In this document: piece after piece, positions 47,706-55,250 of the stretch
Position numbering within the stretch: position 1 is the first letter of the stretch
How the letters are laid out: each line of letters opens with the position of its first letter
Source of the DNA: a bacterium
GTDB lineage: Bacteria; Krumholzibacteriota; Krumholzibacteriia; LZORAL124-64-63
Length of the DNA: 64,000 nucleotides
Reading direction: 5' to 3'
Assembly: GCA_031441465.1 (NCBI GenBank)
Contig: JANOEP010000049.1
Location: forward strand, 1 to 64,000
The notes under the pieces: generated by a model
What the model was told of the DNA's origin: nothing
Seen by the model: the letters and a program-made list of their open reading frames with translations, nothing else
Databases searched by the model: none
Position numbers and translations under genes: made by a program

Positions 47706-48112
47706 AGGTCTACCGCTACGAGTGCAAGACGAACGTCGCGCCGCTGATCGACGTCTCGCTGTGCATCGTCCTGACCCTGATGATGATCTCGCCGTTCCTC
47801 AACGAAACCGCCCAGGTGGTGGACCTGCCCGTGGCCCGCGCGAGCCAGATGGACGACACCGACAACACCGAGGTCATCTTCACCCTCGACGGCAAGATCT
47901 ACGTGGGCGATGAGCAGATCGCGCTCGAGGAGGTGCGGACCCGGCTGACGCCCCTGTTCGAGAACAACCCGGACGCCGTGGCGGTCATCAAGGCGGACAA
48001 GAGCCTGCTGTACGGTGATGTCGAGCGCCTCATCGCCGAGGTCGAGGGCGCCAAGGCGGCCCGCATCGCCATCTCCACCGGCAAGAAGGACACGGAGGGG
48101 GCGGAGCTATGA
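47702..48112 (+). CDS. second ExbD/TolR family protein
   Basis: 3' part of track ORF 46250..48112. 'NVAPLIDVSLCIVLTLMM' and 'VIKADKSLLYG'; ATGA overlap. Confidence 0.85.
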   Translation: MKVYRYECKTNVAPLIDVSLCIVLTLMMISPFLNETAQVVDLPVARASQMDDTDNTEVIFTLDGKIYVGDEQIALEEVRTRLTPLFENNPDAVAVIKADKSLLYGDVERLIAEVEGAKAARIAISTGKKDTEGAEL

Positions 48113-49452
48113 TGATGCAGGAAATCAGTCGCCGCGCGGCGACGACGGGCGGCTTCACCGCCAGCTTCGTCATCCACGCCAGCATCATCCTGCTGCTCAT
48201 GCTGATGATGCGCGAGGGCGCCCGCAAGGCGGGCGAGGCGTTCGACGAGCTGACGGAGATCGCCTACATCGAAGCCCAGTACGGCGAGGACGTGGCCCAG
48301 AAGGTCCGCCTCAAGACGCAGCCGGTGGTCCAGCCGCAACAGGAGGCCCCGGCCGAAACGAAGCTCGACGAGGCGCCGGTCCCGCAGCCGGAGACGGCGC
48401 AGCCCGCGCTGCAGAGCCGCCCGCTGCTGCAGACCCTGCCCAACAAGCTGGCGACGCGGCCCTTGCTGCCGAGCCGGCGGGCCGCGGACGTGGACGCGCC
48501 CCGGCTGTCGACCGCCCAGCAGCGCCAGTTCCTGGACACCACTTCGCGCCAGCTGGATTCCCGGACCTTCGCCGACGCCGCGCCGCGGCTCGACACGCGC
48601 AACCTGCGGGATCCCTCGGCCATGGCGGCGGACGCGAACGCGCCGCGCCTGACGTCGAGAGAGGCGCAGGCCGCGTTCCAGGGCAACGACGTGGCGCTGG
48701 TCGGGCGCAAGAGCAGCGTGGACCTCTCCGAGGTCGACTTCGAGGTCGGGCAGGGCGGCACCTCGTCCGGCGGCGGCCGCATGGCGCTGCAGTTGGCCAC
48801 CGGCGGCAGCGAGACGGGCCACGCCGGCCTGGTCGGCGGCCGTCTCGAAGAAGGCCAGACGGCCTACCAGGGTTCGGTGGCCGCGCTGGTCCAGACCGCG
48901 AAGGACAACGAGCGGCGGGCCGCGGCCGCGATCGACGTAGCGGCTCCCGCGCGTTCCACCGAGGGCCGCACCACGCTGCTCGACTACGGCCCGGGCGGCA
49001 CGACCGGCGCCACCGGCCAAGCCAGCCTGCGCGGCCGGCAGCAGGCTCCGGCCGAGGCGCCGAGCGCCGCGGCGGTGGCCCAGGCCACCGGCAAGCAGGC
49101 GGTGCAGCCGCCGACGCAACTGGCCGAGACCCAGGCCAAGGCCATGGGCGGCAAGGGCGTCTCGATGACCATCAGCGGCCAGATCAGCGACCGCAAGGTC
49201 GTCGCCAGCGCCATGCCGCTCTACAGCGAGGCGGCCCGCAAGGCCGGCTGGGAGGGCGTGGTGGCCGTGCACTTCACGGTCCTGCCCGACGGCCGGGTCA
49301 AGGACAACATGTACTTCGATCAGACCTCGGCCCACCGCGACCTGAACCGGGCCGCGATGGACGCCGTCAAGCAGTTCCGCTTCGAGCCTCTCTCGGGCGC
49401 GGACCGTGTCGAACAGTGGGGGGTGATCACGATCGTCTTCCGCCTCAATTGA
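48109..49452 (+). CDS. long TonB/TolA-family energy transducer
   Basis: TM with the S-x3-H motif ('SFVIH'), long low-complexity linker and TonB_C 'PLYSEAARKAGWEGVVAVHFTVLPDGRV...AVKQFRFEP'. Confidence 0.85.
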   Translation: MMMQEISRRAATTGGFTASFVIHASIILLLMLMMREGARKAGEAFDELTEIAYIEAQYGEDVAQKVRLKTQPVVQPQQEAPAETKLDEAPVPQPETAQPALQSRPLLQTLPNKLATRPLLPSRRAADVDAPRLSTAQQRQFLDTTSRQLDSRTFADAAPRLDTRNLRDPSAMAADANAPRLTSREAQAAFQGNDVALVGRKSSVDLSEVDFEVGQGGTSSGGGRMALQLATGGSETGHAGLVGGRLEEGQTAYQGSVAALVQTAKDNERRAAAAIDVAAPARSTEGRTTLLDYGPGGTTGATGQASLRGRQQAPAEAPSAAAVAQATGKQAVQPPTQLAETQAKAMGGKGVSMTISGQISDRKVVASAMPLYSEAARKAGWEGVVAVHFTVLPDGRVKDNMYFDQTSAHRDLNRAAMDAVKQFRFEPLSGADRVEQWGVITIVFRLN

Positions 49453-49505
49453 GCGGAACCCCGACAACTCCATAGCCGACGAACCTGAGTCAAAGGACAC
49501 ACATC

Positions 49506-50444
49506 ATGACTCGCAACGACTTCAGGGGATTGTTGACCATCGCCGCGGGCGTCTGCCTCCTGTTCGGCAGCGCTCCGGCCCCCGCCTGGACGGAACAGGA
49601 AACGGCCGCCAACCAGGGCCTGCCCGAGATGGTCGTGGAAGCCGAAAACCAGGTCCTGCAGGACATCACCAAGAGCACGTTCGAGGTCGCGCTCAGCGCC
49701 GCGATCATCGACACGTTCTTCACGGACTTCGATGAGGCGGTCCTGGTGATCAGCCCCGTCGAGGGCCTGCAACCCTTCCTGAACAACCCTCGCGACCTGC
49801 ACAGCGACCAGGTCCCGCACTGCTGGCTGCGGGACCCGGCGCAGCCGCCGGTGGTGACGTTCTTCCCGGAAGACCCCGAAGGGCACCAGGCCCGCCGCTG
49901 GGCGCTGACGGTGACCGACTTCCGGGGCGCCCCCTTCCGCCACTTCGAGGAGAAGGGCCAGCCGCCGGACCAGGTCGCCTGGGACGGCCGCGGGGACCTC
50001 AACGAGATGCTGCAGGTGGGCTACCCCTACAGTTACGTCTTCAGCGTCACCGACAAGGGCACCAACACCTACAACTACGCCGGGATCAGCTTCCGTATCC
50101 CGGCCGTGGACTACCGCGAGAAGAACGAGCGGCGGCTCGAGTTCACCGGCGACGAGGTGTTCCAGAAGGGCGGCACGCTCCTGCGCGACAGCGGCCGCGG
50201 CTGGCTGACCCGCGCGGCGGACCAGATCCGCCGGGACCATCCCTATTCGCCGCTGAAGGTCGTGGTGCAGGCGGAGAACAAGCTCCTGGCCCAGGACCGC
50301 GCCAAGGTCGTGGCCGAGTTCCTGGTCGGGTGCATGCTGCTCTCCGACGACTGGATCAAGGTCGAGGCCGTGGCCAAGCCCGATCTCCGCTCGGAGATGG
50401 ACGGCTCGGTGAGCATCCGCGTGGAGCACGCTGCGGGAGTTTGA
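49506..50444 (+). CDS. exported protein with FlgD-like domain and degenerate OmpA-like C-terminal domain
   Basis: Signal peptide; 'WALTVTDFRG...GQPPDQVAWDGRG'; C-terminal 'EVFQKGGTLL...LTRAADQI...LAQDRAKVVAEFL'. Confidence 0.65.
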   Translation: MTRNDFRGLLTIAAGVCLLFGSAPAPAWTEQETAANQGLPEMVVEAENQVLQDITKSTFEVALSAAIIDTFFTDFDEAVLVISPVEGLQPFLNNPRDLHSDQVPHCWLRDPAQPPVVTFFPEDPEGHQARRWALTVTDFRGAPFRHFEEKGQPPDQVAWDGRGDLNEMLQVGYPYSYVFSVTDKGTNTYNYAGISFRIPAVDYREKNERRLEFTGDEVFQKGGTLLRDSGRGWLTRAADQIRRDHPYSPLKVVVQAENKLLAQDRAKVVAEFLVGCMLLSDDWIKVEAVAKPDLRSEMDGSVSIRVEHAAGV

Positions 50445-50477
50445 GCGACACTCGCACGGCGAGCCGAACGCGAACAA

Positions 50478-50503
50478 GGGGGTGCCGCCCGCGCGGCGCC
50501 CCC
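50478..50503 (+). terminator. hairpin ending the large operon
   Basis: GGGGGTGCCGC-CCGC-GCGGCGCCCCC. Confidence 0.5.
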
Positions 50504-50505
50504 GT

Positions 50506-50587
50506 CCATTTGTCGATCCGGGCGCCGCACCTTCGGCGCCCGCGGCCACTTGTCGAATCCGGGCGCCGCACCTGCGGCGCCCTCGGC
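50506..50587. repeat. two-copy ~41-bp tandem palindromic repeat
   Basis: CCA(T/C)TTGTCGA(A)TCCGGGCGCCGCACCT(T/G)CGGCGCCC occurs twice, each copy with a GGGCGCCG/CGGCGCCC stem. Confidence 0.8.
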
Positions 50588-50665
50588 GTCTACGGGGGTT
50601 GATTTAATCCGGTATTTGAGGGATGATGTCGGGCACACGCGCCGATCCGGGGGGAGAGGGGATCC

Positions 50666-51400
50666 ATGGACGCGACCAGCAGCTCGAAAGTCGCCGAACG
50701 ACTGGCGGACAGCCCGTTCGGCCGGAAGGTGGGGTCCGAGATCTGCGGCACCCTGCTGGACATGTCCGTGACGGTCGACTTCGAGGCCGGCGCGGTGCTC
50801 TTCGAGGAGGGGGACCCGCCGCAGGGCGTGTACTTCGTCTGCGAAGGTCAGGTCAAGCTGATCCGCTCCGGTCCCGGCTACCGCGAGCACATCGTTCATC
50901 TCGCCGAGCGGCAGGCCGTGTTCGGGGAGGCATCGCTCTTCATGGCGACCCACCCCGTGACCGCGGTCGCCCTGAAGCCGAGCACCCTGCTGCGCTTTTC
51001 CCGCGCCCCGTTTCTCGAGTACATGGCCCGCCAGCCCGTCCTGCAGGGCTACGTCCTGGAAGTCATGGCGGGCTGGCTGCAGCAGCTCATCGAGAAGATC
51101 GACGAGTTGACCCTCTGCGGCGGCGCCCAGCGGCTGGCCCGCTACCTCGTCGGCCTCCACGAGAAGAACCCCTACGCCGGCTATGTCATCGCCGCGCAGG
51201 TGGAATTGCCGACCCGCAAGCGCGACCTCGCCACGATGCTCAACATGAACCAGCCCTCCCTGTCGCGCATCCTGCGGCAGCTCCAGGACCAGACCCTGAT
51301 CGAGGTCAAGGGGCGCCGCGTCGTCCTGAAGGATCTCGAGGCGCTGCGCGGTCTGGCGCGGTTGCCAGAATTCAAGGGCGTGCACCGGGATTTCGCCTGA
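50666..51400 (+). CDS. Crp/Fnr family transcriptional regulator
   Basis: 'LFEEGDPPQGVYFVCEGQVKL', 'VFGEASLF' and HTH 'LPTRKRDLATMLNMNQPSLSRIL'. Confidence 0.92.
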   Translation: MDATSSSKVAERLADSPFGRKVGSEICGTLLDMSVTVDFEAGAVLFEEGDPPQGVYFVCEGQVKLIRSGPGYREHIVHLAERQAVFGEASLFMATHPVTAVALKPSTLLRFSRAPFLEYMARQPVLQGYVLEVMAGWLQQLIEKIDELTLCGGAQRLARYLVGLHEKNPYAGYVIAAQVELPTRKRDLATMLNMNQPSLSRILRQLQDQTLIEVKGRRVVLKDLEALRGLARLPEFKGVHRDFA

Positions 51401-51441
51401 GCCGCGTTGGAGATCCCGCCCGGCGGGGTCGGCCCGCCGTC

Positions 51442-51470
51442 TTGACATTCCAGCGTCAAAGGCCTATTCT
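51442..51470 (+). promoter_or_regulatory. sigma70 promoter of rpsD
   Basis: TTGACA-N17-TATTCT. Confidence 0.75.
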
Positions 51471-51644
51471 TGCCTGTTCCGGGCCGATACGGACCTAGGT
51501 GATGGATGCGTGCGAGCGGCGCCCTGCGGGGACCGGCTCCACGCCCGCCGGCCCGCAGGTGAAGACGCCGTCAATCCATCGACGATCATCTCATGATCGC
51601 GCACGACGGCCTTCGCGAACCCGAGACGCCTTGGAGGCAGTGAC

Positions 51645-52253
51645 GTGAAGTTTACCGGATCGAAGATCAAGAAGTCCCGAGCGCTGGGCATCCCCCTGTC
51701 GCCGAAGGCCGAGCGCTACCTCGACCGCAAGCCGTACCCGCCCGGACAGCACGGCAAGCTGCAACAGATGCGTCGCCGCAAGATGTCGCCGTACAAGACC
51801 CAGCTGCTCGAGAAGCAGAAGCTGCGCGCCCAGTACAACATCCACGAGCGCCAGCTGCGCAATTACTACGCGCGGGCCTCGCGCAAGGGCGACATGGTCA
51901 ACTCGCTGGTGCAGGAGCTGGAGTCGCGGCTGGACACGGTGGTCCTGCGCGGCGGTCTGGCCCGCTCGATCTACGCCGCGCGCCAGTACGTGAGCCACGG
52001 CCACATCCTGGTCGACGGCCGCAAGGTCAACATCGCCAGCTTCCGCGTGCGGCCCAACCAGGTCGTCGGCATCCGCGAGAAGAGCCGCAACCTCGACTGC
52101 ATCCAGATCGCCCTGGACACGTCGCAGACCGTGCCGCCCTACCTGGAGCGCGACAAGAAGTCCATGACCGTGAAGTTCCTCTACGACCCCCCGCGGTCGG
52201 AGGTCCCTCTGATGTGCGAAGTGCCGCTGGTCATCGAGTTCTACTCGCGCTGA
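51645..52253 (+). CDS. rpsD: 30S ribosomal protein S4
   Basis: 'YPPGQHG', 'QLLEKQKLRAQY', 'LESRLDTVV', 'ARQYVSHGHI' and 'VIEFYSR'; GGAGG RBS. Confidence 0.96.
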   Translation: MKFTGSKIKKSRALGIPLSPKAERYLDRKPYPPGQHGKLQQMRRRKMSPYKTQLLEKQKLRAQYNIHERQLRNYYARASRKGDMVNSLVQELESRLDTVVLRGGLARSIYAARQYVSHGHILVDGRKVNIASFRVRPNQVVGIREKSRNLDCIQIALDTSQTVPPYLERDKKSMTVKFLYDPPRSEVPLMCEVPLVIEFYSR

Positions 52254-52275
52254 TCCTCGACAAGATCGCCGGACG

Positions 52276-52305
52276 AGCCCGGAGCCCTGCGGCTCCGGGC
52301 TTTTT
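52276..52305 (+). terminator. intrinsic terminator
   Basis: AGCCCGGAGCC-CTGC-GGCTCCGGGCT followed by TTTT. Confidence 0.85.
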
Positions 52306-52553
52306 ACGATGAATTGACTCCAGATATCAACAAAAAGCGAACGCCGACTGATCGAGTAAATGATTACGGATTTGTGAGTTACCGCACATTGCCTGATCGC
52401 CGGAACAGATCCGTGCAATTAATAGTTGTGCCGTGGTTCTTAATTTTGTGTTATAGTATTGATGTTCGCCGCAGGTCTCCCCAGGACCTGGCGGGCAGAG
52501 GATCGAGCACCGAGCACGGCGATGGTCGTCGCCGTCAGCTACCAGGAGAACCG

Positions 52554-53234
52554 ATGATGAAAAAGCTTACGATCGCATCTCTCTTGATCCTGAGCCTCGC
52601 GGTCGTCGCGCAGGCCGGCGTCATCAACGACATCCGCACCGGCGTCATCCCCGAAGGCAGCGTGGTTGTGGTCAACGGCGCCGTGGTGACCGCCGTGCAG
52701 AACAACAGCTTCACGATGACCGAACTGCCCGCCGGCCCCTACACGGCCATCTGGGTCTACGTCGGCGCCGCGCCCACGGTCGCCATCGGCGACCTCGTCG
52801 AGGTGAAGGGCTTGACTCGCAATTTCAACGGCCGCGCCGAGATCAACCTGCTCTACCCCGGCGACGCGCACGCCACGGTCACGGGCTCGGGCCTGGTGCC
52901 GAACATCCAGCTGACCACCACGCAGCTGCAGGCCGACCCCGAAGCTTGGGAGAGCCACGTCGTGACCATCACCGACGGCCTGATCGTGCAGGAGATGCTG
53001 CCCGAAGGCATGTGGCGCGCCGCTTCGGTCGAGACCGGCCTGAGCGTGGTCTTCGACGACTACTTCTACGACTACGCCACGGTCGACCTGGGCGACTGCT
53101 ACAACAACGCCTACGGCATGTACCAGTGGTTCGGCGGCATCTGGATCTTCAAGGTCTTCACGACCGCGGACACCGACTGCACCGTCGCCAACGAGGACTT
53201 GAGCTTCGGTTCGCTCAAGGCGCTCTACCGGTAA
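52554..53234 (+). CDS. secreted OB-fold-like protein with SFGSLKALYR tail
   Basis: AGGAG RBS, signal peptide 'MMKKLTIA...AQA', C-terminus 'CTVANEDLSFGSLKALYR'. Confidence 0.8.
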   Translation: MMKKLTIASLLILSLAVVAQAGVINDIRTGVIPEGSVVVVNGAVVTAVQNNSFTMTELPAGPYTAIWVYVGAAPTVAIGDLVEVKGLTRNFNGRAEINLLYPGDAHATVTGSGLVPNIQLTTTQLQADPEAWESHVVTITDGLIVQEMLPEGMWRAASVETGLSVVFDDYFYDYATVDLGDCYNNAYGMYQWFGGIWIFKVFTTADTDCTVANEDLSFGSLKALYR

Positions 53235-53255
53235 TCCGATCCTCTTCGAGGCTGG

Positions 53256-53290
53256 GGAAGGGACCGCCGATCACGGCGGTCCCTTTTTCC
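53256..53290 (+). terminator. intrinsic terminator
   Basis: AAGGGACCGCCG-ATCA-CGGCGGTCCCTT followed by TTT. Confidence 0.85.
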
Positions 53291-53449
53291 AACCATCCGG
53301 CGCATTCGTAAAATGATCCACCATTTCGACGGCGCGTTTGCAGAATCCTCCCGATCCGTGCTACGCTCTCGCCCCGACGGCTTCCAGCCTCACCGGGGCG
53401 CCCTGCGGCGCATCCGTGGAAGCCCCCACCTCGACGAAAGGCTTTTGAG

Positions 53450-54139
53450 ATGAAGCTGCTTGCTACCGTGCTGCTGCTGCTGGTCGCCCTGCCCGCGTTC
53501 GCCGGAACCATCATCGACCTGCAGATGGGCGCCTACACCGTCGGCGCCGAAGTCGTGGTCAACGGCGCCGTGGTCACCGGTGTCCGCTACAACGGTTTCT
53601 TCATGACCGAGGATCCGAACGCGCCCTACGCCGGCGTCTGGGTCTTCACCAGCACCGCCCCCGGCGTGACGGTGGGTCAGCTGGTGAACGTCGCCGGCCT
53701 CTACGAGGAGTACTACAGCTACACGGAGATCAACGTCTTCACCGACCCCAACGGCTACGTCACGGTGCTGGGCGAGCACATGGGCGCCATCTACCCGTTG
53801 CCGGTCACGGTGACCGAACTGGCCGCCAACGGCGAGGCCTACGAGGGCTGCTTCATCATGGTGACCGACGGCATGATCGTGGTGACCGCCCCGAACCCCT
53901 ACGGCGAGTGGCAGGTCGAGTCCTACGAGGCGCCCGGCCAGTTCCTTTGGATGGACGACTACTGGTACGACGACACGACCGTCCAGCTGGGCGAATGCTA
54001 CGACTGCGCGACGGGCATGCTGGCGTTCAGCTTCGGCACCTTCAGGCTGGAGCCGATCGCCGATGCGATCTGCGTGGTCGACTGCACGGTGGCCAACGAG
54101 GACCTGAGCTTTGGCGCCGTCAAGGCCCTGTACAAGTAG
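53450..54139 (+). CDS. paralogous secreted OB-fold-like protein with SFGAVKALYK tail
   Basis: Shares 'VVVNGAVVT', 'F.MTE', 'I.VTDG.IV', 'DDY.YD' and 'CTVANEDLSFG' with CDS 52554. Confidence 0.8.
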   Translation: MKLLATVLLLLVALPAFAGTIIDLQMGAYTVGAEVVVNGAVVTGVRYNGFFMTEDPNAPYAGVWVFTSTAPGVTVGQLVNVAGLYEEYYSYTEINVFTDPNGYVTVLGEHMGAIYPLPVTVTELAANGEAYEGCFIMVTDGMIVVTAPNPYGEWQVESYEAPGQFLWMDDYWYDDTTVQLGECYDCATGMLAFSFGTFRLEPIADAICVVDCTVANEDLSFGAVKALYK

Positions 54140-54166
54140 GTTCTGGCTACGAAATTGTCCCTGCTC

Positions 54167-54192
54167 GAGGCGAGGCCCCGTGGCCTCGCCTC
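54167..54192. terminator. hairpin between convergent genes
   Basis: GAGGCGAGGCC-CCGT-GGCCTCGCCTC. Confidence 0.6.
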
Positions 54193-54215
54193 TGCCGTTG
54201 GCGGTGCGGCGGCCG

Positions 54216-55184
54216 TCAATCCCCGCGCGCCAGGTGCCCGCGGACGTAGTCGCGGACGCCGTCCTCGAGGCGGGTGAAGGGGCGGTCGTACCCGGCGCGG
54301 CGGAGCTTCGCGAGGTCGGCCTGCGTGTGGTACTGGTACTTCCCGCGCAGGTGGTCGGGCATCTCGATGTAGTCGATCCGGGGCTCGCGGCCCAGGGCCG
54401 CGAAGACGGCGGTCGCCAGGTCGTTCCAGCTGCGGGCCTCGCCGGTGCCGCAGTTGAACAGGCCGTTGATCTGCGGGTGGTCGAGCAGCCAGAGCACGAC
54501 GTCCACGGCGTCGCGCACGTCGATGAAATCGCGCACCTGGCCGCCGTCGGCGAATTCCGGGCGGTAGGACTTGAACAGGTCGACCCGGCCGCCCGCGAGG
54601 ATCTGGCCGTGGGCCTTGTGGACGACCGAGCGCATGTCGCCCTTGTGGTCCTCGTGCGGGCCGTAGACGTTGAAGAACTTCAGGCCGGCGATGCCGTCCA
54701 GATGGTCGTGGCGCAGTGCCCACAGGTCGAACAGCTGCTTGGAGAAGCCGTACATGTTCAGCGGCGCGAGGGCGGGCGTCGCGGCGTCCTCGTCGCTGTA
54801 GCCGAGCGCGCCGTCGCCGTAGGTGGCGGCGCTGCTGGCGTAGATGAAGCGGATCCCCTCCTCGAGGCACCACTCGCACAGCTCGCGGGTATAGCGGTAG
54901 TTGTTGTCCAGGAGGTAGTCGGCGTCGGTCTCGGTGGTGCTGCTGCAGGCGCCCAGATGGATCACGGCGTCGATGTCGGCGGCCAGCGCGCCCTCGCGCA
55001 CGTCCAGCCGGAAGTCGTCCTTGTCCACGACGTCCTCGACGCGCAGGCCCAGCAGGTTGCGCCACTTCGCGCCGTCGCGCAGGCGGTCCACCACCACGAT
55101 GTCGTCGACCCCGCGGGCGTTGAGCCCGCGCACGACGTTGGCGCCGATGAAGCCGGCGCCGCCGGTCACGATGATCCTGCCCAT
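54216..55184 (-). CDS. rfaD: ADP-L-glycero-D-manno-heptose 6-epimerase
   Basis: 'IIVTGGAGFIG', 'HLGACSSTTE', 'YASSAATYG', YxxxK 'YGFSK' and 'FNVYGPHEDHKGDMRS'. Confidence 0.93.
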   Translation of the reverse strand: MGRIIVTGGAGFIGANVVRGLNARGVDDIVVVDRLRDGAKWRNLLGLRVEDVVDKDDFRLDVREGALAADIDAVIHLGACSSTTETDADYLLDNNYRYTRELCEWCLEEGIRFIYASSAATYGDGALGYSDEDAATPALAPLNMYGFSKQLFDLWALRHDHLDGIAGLKFFNVYGPHEDHKGDMRSVVHKAHGQILAGGRVDLFKSYRPEFADGGQVRDFIDVRDAVDVVLWLLDHPQINGLFNCGTGEARSWNDLATAVFAALGREPRIDYIEMPDHLRGKYQYHTQADLAKLRRAGYDRPFTRLEDGVRDYVRGHLARGD

Positions 55185-55221
55185 GGTCCCTCCCGGGATG
55201 CGGGTCGTTGCGTCGGGTGCG

Positions 55222-55250
55222 AATCTACCCGCAGGACGGGGCAGCGTCAA
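55222..55250 (-). promoter_or_regulatory. possible sigma70 promoter for rfaD
   Basis: Minus strand TTGACG-N17-TAGATT. Confidence 0.55.

Noticed and set aside
46533..50444. Canonical Tol-Pal operon
   Set aside because: There is no TolB beta-propeller or Pal lipoprotein, there are two TolR-like genes, and the genes are coupled to a PorV-like barrel and a giant cargo protein.
50506..50587. Possible CRISPR array
   Set aside because: Only two adjacent units, no unique spacers and no cas genes in the window.
50599..50612. FNR box upstream of the Crp/Fnr gene
   Set aside because: Only the TTGAT half-site is present; the right half does not match ATCAA.
51481..51612. 6S RNA or SRP RNA upstream of rpsD
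   Set aside because: No SRP GGAA-loop motif, the closing stem is too short for 6S, and there is no terminator before rpsD. A 5' leader fits better.
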